A stretch of 64,000 nt of DNA from Eledone cirrhosa (taxonomy: Eukaryota): positions 103,416,001 through 103,480,000 of the forward strand of contig OZ024743.1 in NCBI GenBank assembly GCA_964016885.1. The letters are read 5' to 3'. This document shows, piece by piece, positions 23,829 through 37,432 of this stretch (its first letter is position 1; the number at the start of each line of letters is the position of its first letter). The position numbers and the translations under genes are program-made. The notes below the pieces were generated by a model. It had not been told where the DNA came from and searched no databases. It saw only the letters and a program-made list of their open reading frames with translations.

Positions 23829-26800
23829 GTGAACATGGGACGCAGAAAACAGTTCTCACCTAATTCCCAACGCATGGCAGCAGACGCACAACGACAAAGA
23901 GAGAAGAGGGCAAATCAATCAAACAATAATCGCACTACAACATCCCAACAAATTTCTACAAATGTAATTCAGTTAACACACCAACAACAACTTGCAACAA
24001 ATACACCACACGTTCAGAAAGGAAGGAACAGTTCAATTGAAGGTCTGGCAAAGAATCCTACAGATGAACCTTTCCAAGAGCAAACTGTTCTTTCCATAAT
24101 GCCACAACATAATGCAGCGAGTCTCTTTGCCTCTGCTTGTCCGCACTGCAAAGCTTATCGCTGGCCACATGAACCCAAATCTTTGTGCTGCTTCCAGGGA
24201 AAAGTGAAACTCCCTCAACTTCCGCTTCCTCCACCAAATATACTGAAATATTTCGATATCACTCAAGCAGGAAATTATTTTCTCCATAAGATACGTGCAT
24301 ATAACAATGTGCTTGCTTTAGCTTCAATTGGTTGCAAAGAGATTAAAGCACCCGGATTTAGTCCCACATTTAAGATCCAAGGTAAGATTTGTCATATTAT
24401 TGGATCACTACTTCCAAGTGATGCTTCACCCAAGTTTGCGCAGCTTTACTTCTATGATACACATCATGAGCTTCAGAATCGCTTGCATTATGCTAATTTA
24501 GATGATGCTGTCCTGCAAGAAGACTTGCACTACTGCAACACCTATATAAGAAGTTTCAAGGCAGTCATTGAAATGCCAGTCTCTGAAAATGTGAATATTG
24601 TCCTACATGCTGACAAAGTAAAACCAACTGATTTTCATTGTCGCACATATAATCTTCCCATGGCATCTGAGATTGCTTTTTATTCAACCTGATACAGCAT
24701 TAGGTCTTTTGGATGTGATAATTCATAAAAGAGATCGTGGTCTTCAGAGGATTCATCAGTTGCACCGTTCTTATAATTCTCTGCATTATGTGCTACTGTT
24801 TCCTTGGGGGAATGATGGGTTTCAGGTTGGTTTGAAAAGGATTGACAACAACCACACACTCACACCACTGATTTCTACTGCTATCGGTTTCAGGTTAGGC
24901 AAGGTGACTGTAACATTATCATGAAGAGCAGGCGGTTGATGTAGCAATATACTGTAGATGCCCAGGCAAAAATAGAACATTGTCGCCTCAAATGGGCCTG
25001 CAACAATCAAACCATGATATGAGCTGAAAAGTATGAGGGTTTTTATGATGCTGTGGCTGAAGGAGATTCAGTAAATGCAGGCCGGAGAATTGTTCTTCCT
25101 CCTTCAATCTATGGTTTCCCTCGCTTCTACAGTGAGTGCTTTCAGAATTCGATGACTGTGGTTCGACACATGGGAAAGCCATCATATTTCATCACGGTAA
25201 CAACTAACCCTAACTGGGATCAAATAAAAAATAGTTTGCACCCTGGTGAAGAACCTAGAGACTGTCTTGATATTTGTGCAAGAGTCTTCAAGATAAAGTA
25301 TGACAGCCTCATGGATGACATACTGAAAGAAAATGTCCTAGGAAAAGTTGTGACTCATTCTGCTACAATAGAGTGGTAGAAACGAGGCCTCACTCGTGTT
25401 CATATTCTGCTGATAATGACTGAAGATAGCAAGCCCAAAACTGCTGATGCCATTGATCAGGTAGTGTACTGTGAGATTCCTGATAAAGAGATCAATCCAA
25501 TTCTGCATAAGATCATCACATCCTGCAACATTCATGGCCCATGTGGACAAGCTAATATGATGAGCTCATGTATGGAAGGGCTAGGACAACAACGCCATTG
25601 TTCAAAAAGTTATCCCAAGGCATTCAGACAAACCACATTTGTTGCCGAAAATTCCTTTCCGGAGTATAGAAGAAGGGATAGACAGCATGGTGTCACACCC
25701 ATACAATCCAACTTAAAGGTCAAGAATTTACTGTTGATAATCGTTGGATTGTTCCATACAACCCTTTCCTCTCATTGAGATATCAGTGCCACATCACTTG
25801 TGAGGTTGTCCACAGTGTCAAGGCTGTTAAGTACTTATATAAGTACATCACAAAAGGAGCAGACAAGATAACTTTCACTATTAAGGATGATCAAGGAAAT
25901 TGTGTCCATGCCCAAAATGAGATTGAGACCTATATCAACGCACGGTACATCTCAGCCAGTGAAGCATTCTGGAGAATCTATAAATTTCCATTACATCATC
26001 GAAAACCGCCAGTTGAAAAGTTGCCTTGCCATTTACCTGGGGGAACAAATGGTCGTGTATGAGCGAGGACAGAAAGAAAGTATTGTTTCTAGGGGACAGC
26101 CAATGACTAAGTTGACGGAATATTTTCAACTGAATATTAGAGAGCCACTGGCACAAAACATATTGTATATTGATATTCCTAAATATTTCACTTGGACAAA
26201 CAAAAAGTGGCAGAGAAGAAAAAAGGGACATCTGGATGGTGATCAACAATTTATGAGTGAATCTCTTGGACGCATTCCAACAGAATCTTTCAGTAGACAT
26301 CAATTTGAATTATATTGCCTCAGAATTATCCTACATCACAAGGGTAGGTCAACTTCATACAAAGGTTCGAGGACAATTGAAGGAGTTGAATTTCCAACAT
26401 TCCAAGAAGCATGCAGGGAACTTGGTCTGTTAGATGAAGATGGAGAAAAAGACAAAGCTATGGAAGGGTCCTCATCCATTACTCTTGGTTCTCAGCTGCG
26501 AGAGATCTTCTGCACCATTTTATTGTACAGCATGCCAAATGACCCTCTGCAGTTCTGGGAGAAATGGAAGAATTGTCTTGCAGAGGATATCATGCATGAA
26601 CGTCGTGAGCAAGTCATGTCCATGCAAACCGTCAAGATTGTTCTACAGAAGATCCAACAAAGACTTCAACATGATGGCTTGGACATTCATGCCAACTATG
26701 GACTTCCTCGGCCAGACCCAACTATTGTTGCCATACCAGAAATCAACTGGGTTCTTATGACAGAAATTGATTTCAATACACACCAACTGCAAGCAAACAT

Positions 26801-28161
26801 AAATGAACGTCTGCCAACCTTGAATCTTGAACAACTGGTTATTTTTCACAAAGTAAATGAAAATGAAGGCAGAATTTTCTGCTTGAATGTAAGTGCAAGT
26901 ACAGGAAAGACCTATGTCATAAACATCCTATAGGATTACCTCCGATCTAAAAACAAAATTGCTCTTGCCACTGCCATATCTGCAATAGCACCCACTTTGC
27001 TTCACAAAGGTAGAACTCTTCATTCCAAGTGCAAGATTCCTCTCAATGTGACTGCTGAATCAACTTGCTTCTTCACAAAGAGGGATGACACAGGTAAACT
27101 TATGCAGCAAGCTGACCTGCTAATTATTGATGAGATAGGTATGGGACATAAGCATATCTTTGAATGCCTTGACAGGAGATTCAAAGATGTTCGAGATTGC
27201 AAAAAGCCATTTGGTGGTCTAACAGTATTACTATCTGGTGACTGGAAGCAAATTCTTCCAGTTGTACGTCATGGTGCTAGACCACACGTAGTTGAGGTAA
27301 CCATCAAGAGATCCTATCTCTGGGACTATGTGGAAACCATGGAGATGACAACCAATCAACGGTTAATTAATGCAGAGGATTCTGATGAAAGACAGTTTGC
27401 AAACTACCTTCTTGATGTGGGAAATGGTAACAGTCCAGCTGTTCCAATTGTAGGTGCATTCACAATTCTTCTGCCAAATGAACTTTGTCTGGAATATGGT
27501 AATGTGTATGGACTGTGTGATTTTGTGTATACAAATCTTCCAGGAAACTACACAAACCCACTATGGCTTGCAAATAGAGCCATTATCACTCCAACAAATG
27601 ATGCAGCAAGATTGGTGAATGAGTCGATGGTCAACAAGTTCCTTGGTCATTAAATAATCTACAGAAGCTCTGATACAGTAGATAATGAACTGCAATATCC
27701 AATTGAGTTCATCAACAAACTTATCCCATCAGGCTTCCCAACACACATACTTAAACTGAAGAAAGGCAATTACATCATGCTTCTGAGAAATCTGGATCCT
27801 CTAAACGGGCTTTGCAATGGTACACGCTACATCATCATCAGTTTACATAATCATGTAATTGAAGCTGAGGGGGCGTTGGGTCCCAATGCTGGAACAAGGT
27901 TGCTAATCCCAAGGATACCACATGTATCTCAAGAGTTTGAGTTCCGTTTCACCTTTACTCGCAAGCAATTTCCTGTCAAACGAGCTACAAGGCACAAGGG
28001 CAGACATTTGAAAAGATAGGTGTATATCTACCAACACAATTCTTCCCACATGGTCAGATGTATGATGCATTATCACGAGTTACAAAAAAAGAAAATATAA
28101 AAATATTAAATGAAAGAGGTCTGTTTGCTGACAACTGTGTCTACAAAGAAATTCTACAGTG
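23829..28161 (+). pseudogene. Helitron RepHel (HUH Rep + Pif1 helicase), multiple frameshifts and stops
   Basis: Consecutive ORF fragments from 23829-24692 to 27777-28019; the terminal piece ends NCVYKEILQ*. Confidence 0.9.
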
Positions 28162-28613
28162 ATGTGAAACAGCTATCACACTCTTTTTAACTGCTAGAAA
28201 AGAGACACTACAAAAACTTAAGACTATAAAACTTAATGTATGTGAATACAGTAAAACAACAATATAGCGAAGGTCAACTCTTCATATTGGTAAATGTAAT
28301 TCATTCATTCATACCAGCAGCATCTATTTTCAAATTCACTGCTTGAAGCTTCTCATCGACATTCTCAAGTGAAGATTCATGAATATTTTTCGTCAACAGT
28401 TTCATCGCTTTTCCATCTCCATTATCGCCTTTTTTTAAATGTATCATGGATTACTTTACTGATTACAGAAGTAAGTGTAACACAGTCTTTGTTCAGTTTA
28501 TGTGCTTATTGTCAATTTACGTATCATATCTATGTGCATATATATTTGCGTATATCAATATGCACACTGTATATACTAGCAGTAAACCGCCCGAAGGGCG
28601 TTTCTTCTGCTAG
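23829..28613 (+). mobile_element. Decayed autonomous Helitron (RepHel)
   Basis: CPHCKA..CCFQGKVKLP zinc region, Rep motifs FITVTTNPNW and EW*KRGLTRVHIL, KYLYKYITKG, Pif1 motifs (STGKT, LLIIDEI, GDWKQILPV, LRNLDPLNGLCNGTR); 3' hairpin CGCCCGAAGGGCG then CTAG|T. Confidence 0.9.
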
Positions 28614-28828
28614 TCATAATATAATAACGTAAGGAGTGCGGGACTGTGTCCTGAACATATTTTTTTTATCACGTTAGTAAAATAAGTTGGATTACTTTGA
28701 ATAAATAATGAATGAATATTATATAATCTATGTACTAAATTTCGTAACTCTTGATTAAATATATATAATCTATTGCTTATTTTAAGATTCACTTCTTTTA
28801 AAAGTATCAAATTTCAACACTTCCGGTA
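28614..28828 (+). mobile_element. Helitron family X 5' fragment in tandem with the preceding Helitron
   Basis: Starts TCATAATATAATAACGTAAGGAGTGCGGG immediately after CTAG. Confidence 0.7.
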
Positions 28829-28912
28829 TATCGCCACCATATAGAGACAGAGCCAGAAAGAAAGAGATTTGTGTGAAAGATAGTGAACATGTGACATATA
28901 TATATATATATA

Positions 28913-29826
28913 TACATAATCGGAGAAAGCTAATAGTGATACTCCGCCCAAATTCCAACTCACTCAACAAACATTAGGAAATAGCTGAGTATATTCCTAA
29001 TTAAACGTTCGGAGTTCTAACTAATTGTATTGTGTGGAAAATTGGCTGTATCATTTCATATGAGATATATTAAATATATCACTTTCCTGACGACTCGTTT
29101 CATTATAAGATTTCTGCAAGTTGGGTGAAATTATACCAAATTATGTAGAAGCTTGTATAAGATCAACAGATACTTATTCAAGTGGGCTCTTATAAATCTT
29201 CAGTGGGTAACCCAATAATATTAATATTGATAACCAAATCAACATCAATATTTAGCGATAACCACCATCAGTGCTTGAGGGAGCTGCTAGGTTGTTAGTC
29301 CAGCAGTTCTAAAGAAAATCTCACACTGTCCCGAAAATAGGTGGAAGGAGACTACCGCCAAAAATAATACATACGCAGGTCGTTGAACTCTGAAAATAAT
29401 TCAAGCCACGTGCTAAGAACTCAATTGGATATGAAAAAATAACCATATGTGCGCATCGCTTAATGACACATATAGATATTTTCTCGGGCAAAATAACAGA
29501 ATGAGATACAAGATCAAACAATCAATATTCATATAAAAAATAAACAAAGAGAGTCATTCCTTATGTCGGGAAAGTTCATATCTGTTGCTCCAAGATTAAT
29601 ATATAAATACATAATCGGAGAAAGCTAATAGCGATACTCCGGCCAAATTCCAACTCACTCAACAAACATTAGGAAATAGCTGAGTATATTCCTAATTAAA
29701 TGTTCGGGGGGGGGGGGGGTGCTAACTAATTGTATTGTGTGGAAAATTGGCTGTATCATTTCATTTGAGATATATCAAATATATCACTTCCCAGACGACT
29801 CGTTTCATTATAAAATTTCTACAAGT
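28913..29826 (-). mobile_element. Probable non-coding PLE derivative with a ~205-bp direct repeat
   Basis: 28913-29120 is repeated at ~29607-29826; TA flanks; decayed HHR CTGTTGA...GAAACgagtcGTC on the minus strand. Confidence 0.55.
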
Positions 29827-29859
<33 letters not shown>

Positions 29860-30210
29860 GGGGGGGATAGAAATGAAGAGATAAGGATGTTGTTTAACGC
29901 GCTGACATATATGTGTACGTGTATGCATGTGCATATGTGCATATACATACATTTATATGTATGAGGATAACTAATCACACAAACACAGACACACTTACAA
30001 AAATACACACTCACAGACATACATTCACACAAATACATATACTTTCGCACAAACACATACATACATTTACACAAACACACATTATTTGTTGTTACAGGTT
30101 TATTCAGAGTTGTATAAAAAAATATAATAATATAATGCTTACAGAACGAAAACAAACAATTATAATATATACAAAGGAAAGGGAAAGGAAAAAAAGAAAG
30201 AAAAAACACA

Positions 30211-30408
30211 CAAGCAGGTAATACACACATCTAGGACCATATACAACACACAAGCAGGTGATACACACATCTAGGACCACATACAACATACAAGCAGGTA
30301 ATACACACATCTAGGACCACATACAACGCACAAGCAGGTAATACATACATCTAGGACCACATACAACGCACAAGCAGGTAATACATACATCTAGGACCAC
30401 GTGCAACA
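30211..30408. repeat. 40-bp minisatellite, about 5 units
   Basis: CAAGCAGGTAATACACACATCTAGGACCACATACAACRCA at 30211, 30251, 30291, 30331 and 30371. Confidence 0.9.
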
Positions 30409-30409
30409 A

Positions 30410-30930
30410 AAGGCTGGCGAAAGGGGTGAACAAACGAGTAGCTACCAGAGCAAAAGATAACAATATAGTGATGAGCACTGGGAAACCTCTCTAATAATTG
30501 TTTAGGTAAGCCAGCACGCTCGCAGCGTTACCTGGGGTGATGGCGAGGCTGAGGTGCTGGAACAACCAAGCAACCTCACGAGTACCAACAGTTACCTCAG
30601 CTAGGCTAGCCACCAGTGAAGATAAGAACCTCGCTGTCAGTAGCCCCAAACGTCTCGAACGCTACTGCCTGGAAAATGTAGTTGGCCGACAGATCACGGT
30701 ATTTAGGATTTTATTCCGTTCAGCTGCGGATGCTGTAGCTCTCGTCGTTACCGCTGCATCCAGGATGTGGGAAGAAGCTAAAGAGTCACTAACTGTGACG
30801 TCCCAGATAAGGCACCTGCCTCTTAACAAGGGGCACAGGATAAGACGGTCAGGTCTATCAATTCTGGACAACCCAGACGGTTCTAAAATTGAGGGGATGT
30901 TTTCCCGGGTCAAAGCTCTTAAGTGGTAAT
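30410..30930 (-). pseudogene. CRE-clade-like non-LTR retrotransposon restriction-like endonuclease fragment
   Basis: EPSGLSRID-RPDRLILCPLLRGRCLIWDVTVSDSLASS..AAERNK fits the EPxGLxRxDGKRPDG..WDVTVxD..AExxK signature. Confidence 0.7.
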
Positions 30931-31134
30931 AGGGCAGTGTGTAAGTGCGCGCGCGTGAGTTTGTCGGTGTTCTTAAATTAGAGATGTGTGTGTGTGTGTT
31001 ATAAATATGTGTGTGTGTCACCGTTTTTAAGTTAGAGACATATATATGTGTGTATCCCCTTCCTTCCTTTTACACACACATACATTCACACACACACATT
31101 TTGTGACGGACGGATGGACAGAAGTCGCTCAAAT

Positions 31135-31470
31135 TTATATACATGTGAATAGAATTCCACTGAAGCAGGAAAAGAAGTTCAAGTATCTCAGGGCCTTGTT
31201 CATGAGTGATGGAAGGCAGGTGTCTGAATTAAGTGCAAGAATTGCAAAAACTGATGCAGTAATGCACCAGCTTCAGCATTCAGTAACCAGAAGAAGGGAG
31301 GTAGGTGTAAAAGCCAAACTCGCTGTCTTCCTGGTATTCCTGGGAACACTTACTTAGGGTCATGAATATTGAGTAATGACCCAAAGAATACGATTGTAAA
31401 TACAAGCGGCCGAAATGAGGTTCCTCCGAAAGGTCTTTGGAGTAACTTTAGTCGATAAAGTGCATAGATA
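31135..31470 (+). pseudogene. RTE-clade LINE RT C-terminal fragment
   Basis: IHVNRIPLKQEKKFKYLRALFMSDGRQVSELSARIAK..KAKLAVF. Confidence 0.7.
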
Positions 31471-31709
31471 CTAGGTTTACCAGGTACAGGTATGTTTTCT
31501 AAAAAAAATTGAACACCTTTCTTTATTACACCTGGAGATCCTATCACTACCGGAATAGTCTGTGGTTTATGGTGTCACATCCGCTTTACTTCAATTTCTA
31601 GATCTTTACATTTAGCAAGTTTTTCACACTCATTTGTTGACAAATTTCTATCACACGGCACAGTCATGTCAGTGAGTAAACAAGTCTTGTTTTTTTAATC
31701 TTTAATAAT

Positions 31710-32022
31710 AATTGTTTCTACTTTTGGCACAAGACTAGCAATTATCCCAGTGCATTACTGGTACTTTATTTTATCTACCTCGTAAGGATGAAAGACAAAG
31801 TTAACCTCGGCGGGATTTGAACTCAGAACTTAAAGGAATAATTGTTTCTACTTTAGGCACAAGGCCAGCAATTACCCAGTACATTACTGGTACTTTATTT
31901 TATCGACCCCGTAAGGATGAAAGGCAAAGTTAACCTCGGCAGGATTTGAACTCAGATTGTAAAGGGACGTAACTATGCTAGAAAGCATGGCGTCCAACCC
32001 TCTACCGATACTGCCAATTCAC
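31710..32022 (-). mobile_element. Two tandem SINE family 1 copies
   Basis: Reverse-complement family 1 motifs. Confidence 0.85.
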
Positions 32023-32029
32023 AGGAATA

Positions 32030-32650
32030 ATATCGGATGGTTTGCATTAGTAGTACGATCTGTGTGAATAGTAAAGTACCAAAGGGTTATTGCTCCATCA
32101 GTCTCAGTTACTGGTTGTGACTTGTGTTCATATCAGTTTCCTTCATGTTTTGCATGCTATTATTTGAATATTATCCAGTGGATATATTGCCCCACCCTAT
32201 CATGTATAATCTTATATTAAGTTGGTGCTAGTGTGGGCCATCCTGATATTATATGGTCAATTGTTTCAAGCTGTACATCACATATCCTGTATTTGGGGTC
32301 TGCTCCATTTCTGAGAATATTTGATAATTCCTAGTAAAGAGACTCTGGTTCCGGGTAGCAAAACTAAAACCTTCTGTTTCAGCCTTTAATCCCGACCTTT
32401 GTAGCCACTGATGGGTTTGTGCTTGATCTACATCAGCATCTTGGGTGCGAAGTTGGAATTGGCCGTGAAGAGATTTCTGTTGCCATTTACCTCTAAATGT
32501 TTATAAACCTTCCAGCTTTGACTTGCTTCTGTGAATTTTTGTTGCCTCAGTTGGAATTAGGTCAGCTTCCTTATTTAGGTGTATGTTTCCAGTTTTTAGT
32601 TCATTCCTGTACTTTCCTGCCTCTTTGAGCACTGAATGAGGTTTCTTTTT
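32030..32650 (-). pseudogene. R4/Dong-clade LINE C-terminal fragment
   Basis: WQQKSLHGQF..WLQRSGLKAETEGF..TRNY..YRIC..ETIDHIISG..HDRVGQYIHW. Confidence 0.8.
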
Positions 32651-32704
32651 ATTAGTGCGTTGGCAGTGTCGGTAGAGCGTTGAACAACATGCTTCGTAGC
32701 ATAG

Positions 32705-34560
32705 TGGGAATGAAGGCTCGCGTCTTGGAAAATCTGATCTCACTGATGGCCACCACACCTTCGTTCAGTGACCTGCGGTCGTTGAGCAGGTGGCCCTTAT
32801 TCCAAGACGACTCCAGACCAGGTGCATTTATACTGCATATCCTGAATGAGGCATGTAAGAAAAAAAGAAGAAAAAGTGGGCAGGATCACTTGCCCTATTC
32901 ATGTAAAGGAAGGATGGTTAATCCATTCTTCTAGTTGGTTAAGGGCTCCCCCACAAGAATATCACAGTAAATCCCTTTGGAAATTAACCCTCAGAAATCC
33001 CCAACTGCATTGGGAAACTTTTGTTTTATTTTATTTATGTTTGTTGTGCGATTTGTATTATCTGTATATATGTGAGTAGAGCGATTTTTTAGAGGGTAAT
33101 GTCGTCGTTTTCTGAAATGGGTTGTTGTGCTTTATATGGTACATTGGTTGCTTGTGGTTTGTGTTCATAGCCGTTTAATGTATACGGTTTTTTTTCTTTT
33201 TGTTTGTTTTGTGTTTGTTGTTGTTGCTGATGCGGGTTTGGTTATGTTTTGGACGTTGTTGGCGTTTGTGGTGTCTGTTGTGGTTTAGATACTGGTAGGT
33301 CTGAAGACGTTGCTGGTAACAGCAGTGGTGGTGATGGTGACGTTCATGTTGGTGTAGGTGTTGGTATTAGTTACATCATGGCTTTAGCTACACACTTCTT
33401 TTTTTTTTTTTTTAGGGTGAAGCCAGAGAGCTTTTCCGTTTTGATTTTGTGGAAGACAATTTGTCATTCTTTACCTTCGTCGCAATTCATATCCAATTAT
33501 GTGACGTCGGGTAAATTCGGAGGCGCGTTCGATCTTCCTTGACTTGACATCGATTATTCTATATGTAACTGTAAAGAGACGTGGAGATTGGAGTGCGACT
33601 CTATGATTATTCTTTCTTACAGTGGCTCTGGCTGTTTTTATTAAGTTTTCGTCGAATGCTACATTTTCTAAATTTTGGGTAGCGCCCACATACGACTTGT
33701 GGCTAGTTGCTTGTTGGCTGGTTGGTTTGCTACGTAATTACAGAACTTAGAGTATGGTTGGTCATATGGGTGGCTGACTGGCAGATTAGTTGGCCTACTA
33801 CCTTGCTTTCTGGCTGATTTGGCTGGCTAGTTGATATGTTGGCTGGCGGACTGGCAAGTTGTGTGTTGAAATCGTTCTCCCTGAAATTTGCAGTGGTGGT
33901 GTTGGTGGTTGTGTTGTTGTTGTTTTCGTAGTTGTTACTTCTCTTGTCATTTTTATTATTGTTTCTCGTTATTTTTTTATTTTTAGACTGCAGGTAGTAG
34001 TTGTGGTGGGGTGCTGAGGTGGTGTATGGACTCGCCATATTTGAAATTTTAGAAATAGTAAAAAGAAAAGTCCGATTTAGAACGAACGTTTTAGCCCGTC
34101 CTACAGTGATTTCAGGGACGAGTTTTCTCCAGTGGGTATATCACTGCCTTAAGCGAGCAATTTTTTTCTTTCTTTTTTTCATAGAAACAATGTTTATTTT
34201 CAATATAGAAATAATAAAATAAGGGGGGAAACAAAAGGCAAGAAAGAATAGGGAAATATGGAAAAAAAAGGGGGAAAAAGAAAGAAGAAAAAGAACGGGA
34301 AGGGGTGGGGGGAAGAGCTCTGGTCTCGCATAAGAGGGGGTGAAAGGAGAGGGTGATTGGGCTTTGCGCCTAGGGCAAGAGGGCAGAAGTGCTGCGCCCC
34401 GCTGACAAGACGGCAAAAGCATTCACCCAGACGATGGTCAGTGACACCCGCTGCAACAGCCACCCAACCTCGCGGTACTTCCTCCTTAGTGGGCCGCCGA
34501 CGCTCCGATCTTGCGGAGGAGCTCGGCAGTACGGGGCCCAAGTACTCCTGAGGTCCCGAC
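32705..34560 (-). mobile_element. 5' portion of an L1/Tx1-like LINE (GC-rich 5'UTR, decayed ORF1, start of AP endonuclease)
   Basis: CSINAPGLESSWNKGHLLNDRRSLNEGVVAISEIRF at ~32720-32840 resembles an APE N-terminus; upstream N/T-rich ORF1-like pieces at 33471-34038. Confidence 0.55.
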
Positions 34561-34908
34561 GGCGATCGGTACAAAGGGGAAGCGGTCGGACAAACCCCGG
34601 TATTTGAAATCAGAACGTAAAGTGACGTAACTATATGCCGTAAAGCTGTTGTCCGACGCTCTACTGAGACTGCAAGAATGTTACATGTGAGCGTGTGGAT
34701 TGTTTTTGGCAAATGTTTCTCGTTAACACCCAGCGCCATACTGTTTCGGTCTACGTAGAGGGAACACTTGTATGGAATATTCAGCTACGTAGCATCTAGT
34801 AGCTTCATCTCACAGTATTGAGTCTCCGTTTATTGTTTGAATATTTTAAATACTTCGGAATATTTTAAATGAAATGCAGTTAATATAAGTTAATCTGGCC
34901 TAAGGATG

Positions 34909-34944
<36 letters not shown>

Positions 34945-34975
34945 CTCTCTCTATCTCCCTCCCTCTCTCTCTCTT

Positions 34976-35022
<47 letters not shown>

Positions 35023-36479
35023 CTTTCTCTCTCTCTTTCTTTCTCTTTCACTCTCCCTCTTTCTCTTTTACTTTCTCTCTTTCTCTGTTTTTCCCACCCT
35101 CTCTCTCTTACACACACACACACATATACACACCCATTCATTTTTACTTTTTTTCATAACAGTGCCTTTCTTATTTTATTTCCGAATCACACGCCAATTT
35201 TCTATTTCCAGGTTTCTAAGTTTAAATACTTATTTTACTTAACGCATATTCCCTGATATCATTTAACTTATTTCACTCTCATTGTCTATCTTGATTTTAT
35301 CCCCTTCGTGTTTTAGACTTTGTAAAGAATAACAAGAAAATGGCAGTAGATGTTTTTGAGGTGCTGACAGAATTAAACTTGTATCTTTGTATCTCCTTCT
35401 GACCATACATACATATATATACACAAATATTTGAGCTTTGAAATTGCTGGAGAGAGGGAGGTTATCAGCAGTGAAAAGTAATATATTTTCTTCTCAAGAA
35501 ACTATTTAAAACTTAAGACTAAACTAAATTTTAATATATTGCTGTTTACTTCGGTTTAAATTTCTCCCCTAATGCGGAAATTGGAAGAAATTATCATTAA
35601 GTGTTTCATTTATTAGAAAAGAAATCTCTAATTTCCGAATGTGTGTTGATTAGTCTTTCTTGCACATGAAGTGTATAACTTCCGTCTTCCAGATCTTTGC
35701 ATGTCTGGGTAACTGAAACTGAAATGTAATCAAAGAAAGAAAACAAAAAGAGGGTAAAAAGATAAGGATAAAAAAGTCATAAATAATAAATTTCAGTGTA
35801 ATCTTTGCTGTTGTCATGGCAGTTTTATAATTCAAGGCTTTTTTCTGATACATTGCAATTAATCAAGTGTGGCTTTTCAAACTTCAAAAGAGTTGTTTTA
35901 TGTTTTTAATTGATATTATCGCAAATGAAATCTGAGACTAGAAAAACTAATCCCCAACAGCCAGTCTGAAGTGTAGAAATGAGTGTTTGATATATCATAT
36001 TCGTTGACTAACACACTTCTAGCAACAACTTGATTTTGATTAATAACGCTGTAATAAAATATTTCTAATGTATATGCACTTTCATGAATAACACTTTCTG
36101 TGAAGCGATTAATAACAATTAACAATTCAGTCTCAGATAAATTCATGCAATTATTAAAAATATTCTTTAAAAATTTACCTATAAAATATAAAAGACCTTT
36201 GAATGATATTTCTTATTTTCATTTCTACGAATGATTTCTTAAATTTTCTGTGACTGTTGTGAATTGGCCAGATTGATAGACCATCAAAATATAATAAATC
36301 ATATCCACCAGTGTTGATATATTTGTGACCAAACACAAACACTGTTTCTCTCACTCAGCTCTAAATATTCAATATTTCATGAAGGACACCAGGCTAAATA
36401 CATCACGTGCTCCAAAACTATATATTGCTTACATTATTTTTTTCGCATATTTAACCGAGTTTTTAGTTTCATTCAGAGT

Positions 36480-37000
36480 CATGATATATAGTAGCAAGCT
36501 CACTGAGAAATTGTCTAGTCGACTTGTGTCTACAATTTTGTCTACTGTAGAGACTAAAAACATCACATTTATGTCATATATCTAGAAAATAATCAGTTTC
36601 TATCCCACTTAGACGCACTATCCGCTTGTCATGCAACGCCCTACATATATAATCCTTGCGAAACAATGATAAGAGGGAGGTATTTTCACGAAATCGATGA
36701 AATGCACAAAATCTGCAGTACATGTGTTCAGCATGGGTCAATAAAAAAGATCCAATCCACTTGCAGGAAAACACTCAACCATACAACGCTCGAAATGTTG
36801 TTCAATCTGCAAATCTACTTCCAGCATACTTATCGGATTTTTTACCAACCGATTACCACTTTTTCAAGCATTTCAAAGACTTCTTGTGGGGAAAAGTCGA
36901 CACAAACCAAATAATCTCGAAAAGTGCCTCGGGGGACACATCATCTCCAGAACTTCAAAATTCTATGAATTAACTTGTCCCTTGCTGGCAAACATATTTA
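36480..37000 (+). pseudogene. Decayed mariner transposase fragment
   Basis: HLQENTQPY..PAYLSDFLPTDYHFFKHFKDFLWGK resembles HDNARPH..PYSPDLAPSDYHLF. Confidence 0.6.
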
Positions 37001-37119
37001 GATTCTAAAGTTTATTCTCGGAAGAGATATGTCGTTTTAAAGTTAACATTTAACAACATGATATATATGAGTAACATACACAGATATATATATATACATA
37101 CATACACATATATATATAT

Positions 37120-37154
<35 letters not shown>

Positions 37155-37192
37155 CACATAAATAAACACACACGCATATATATCATTTACAT

Positions 37193-37239
<47 letters not shown>

Positions 37240-37365
37240 AAGGTTTACATATACATAAAGTTATAGATATATATGCTGCAACCGGTCACTTTTTGGCTCT
37301 ATGAAGAATTAATAAATTAAATAATCAGAGCAATATATTATAAATCATGTCCTTAGAATTATTAG

Positions 37366-37425
<60 letters not shown>

Positions 37426-37432
<7 letters not shown>

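Noticed and set aside
30211-30408. CRISPR-like regular repeats (also 55356-55545)
   Set aside because: No unique spacers and no cas genes; eukaryotic minisatellites.
35317-35715. Possible small exons after TTTTAG and TTCCAG acceptors
   Set aside because: No recognisable product or consistent exon chain.
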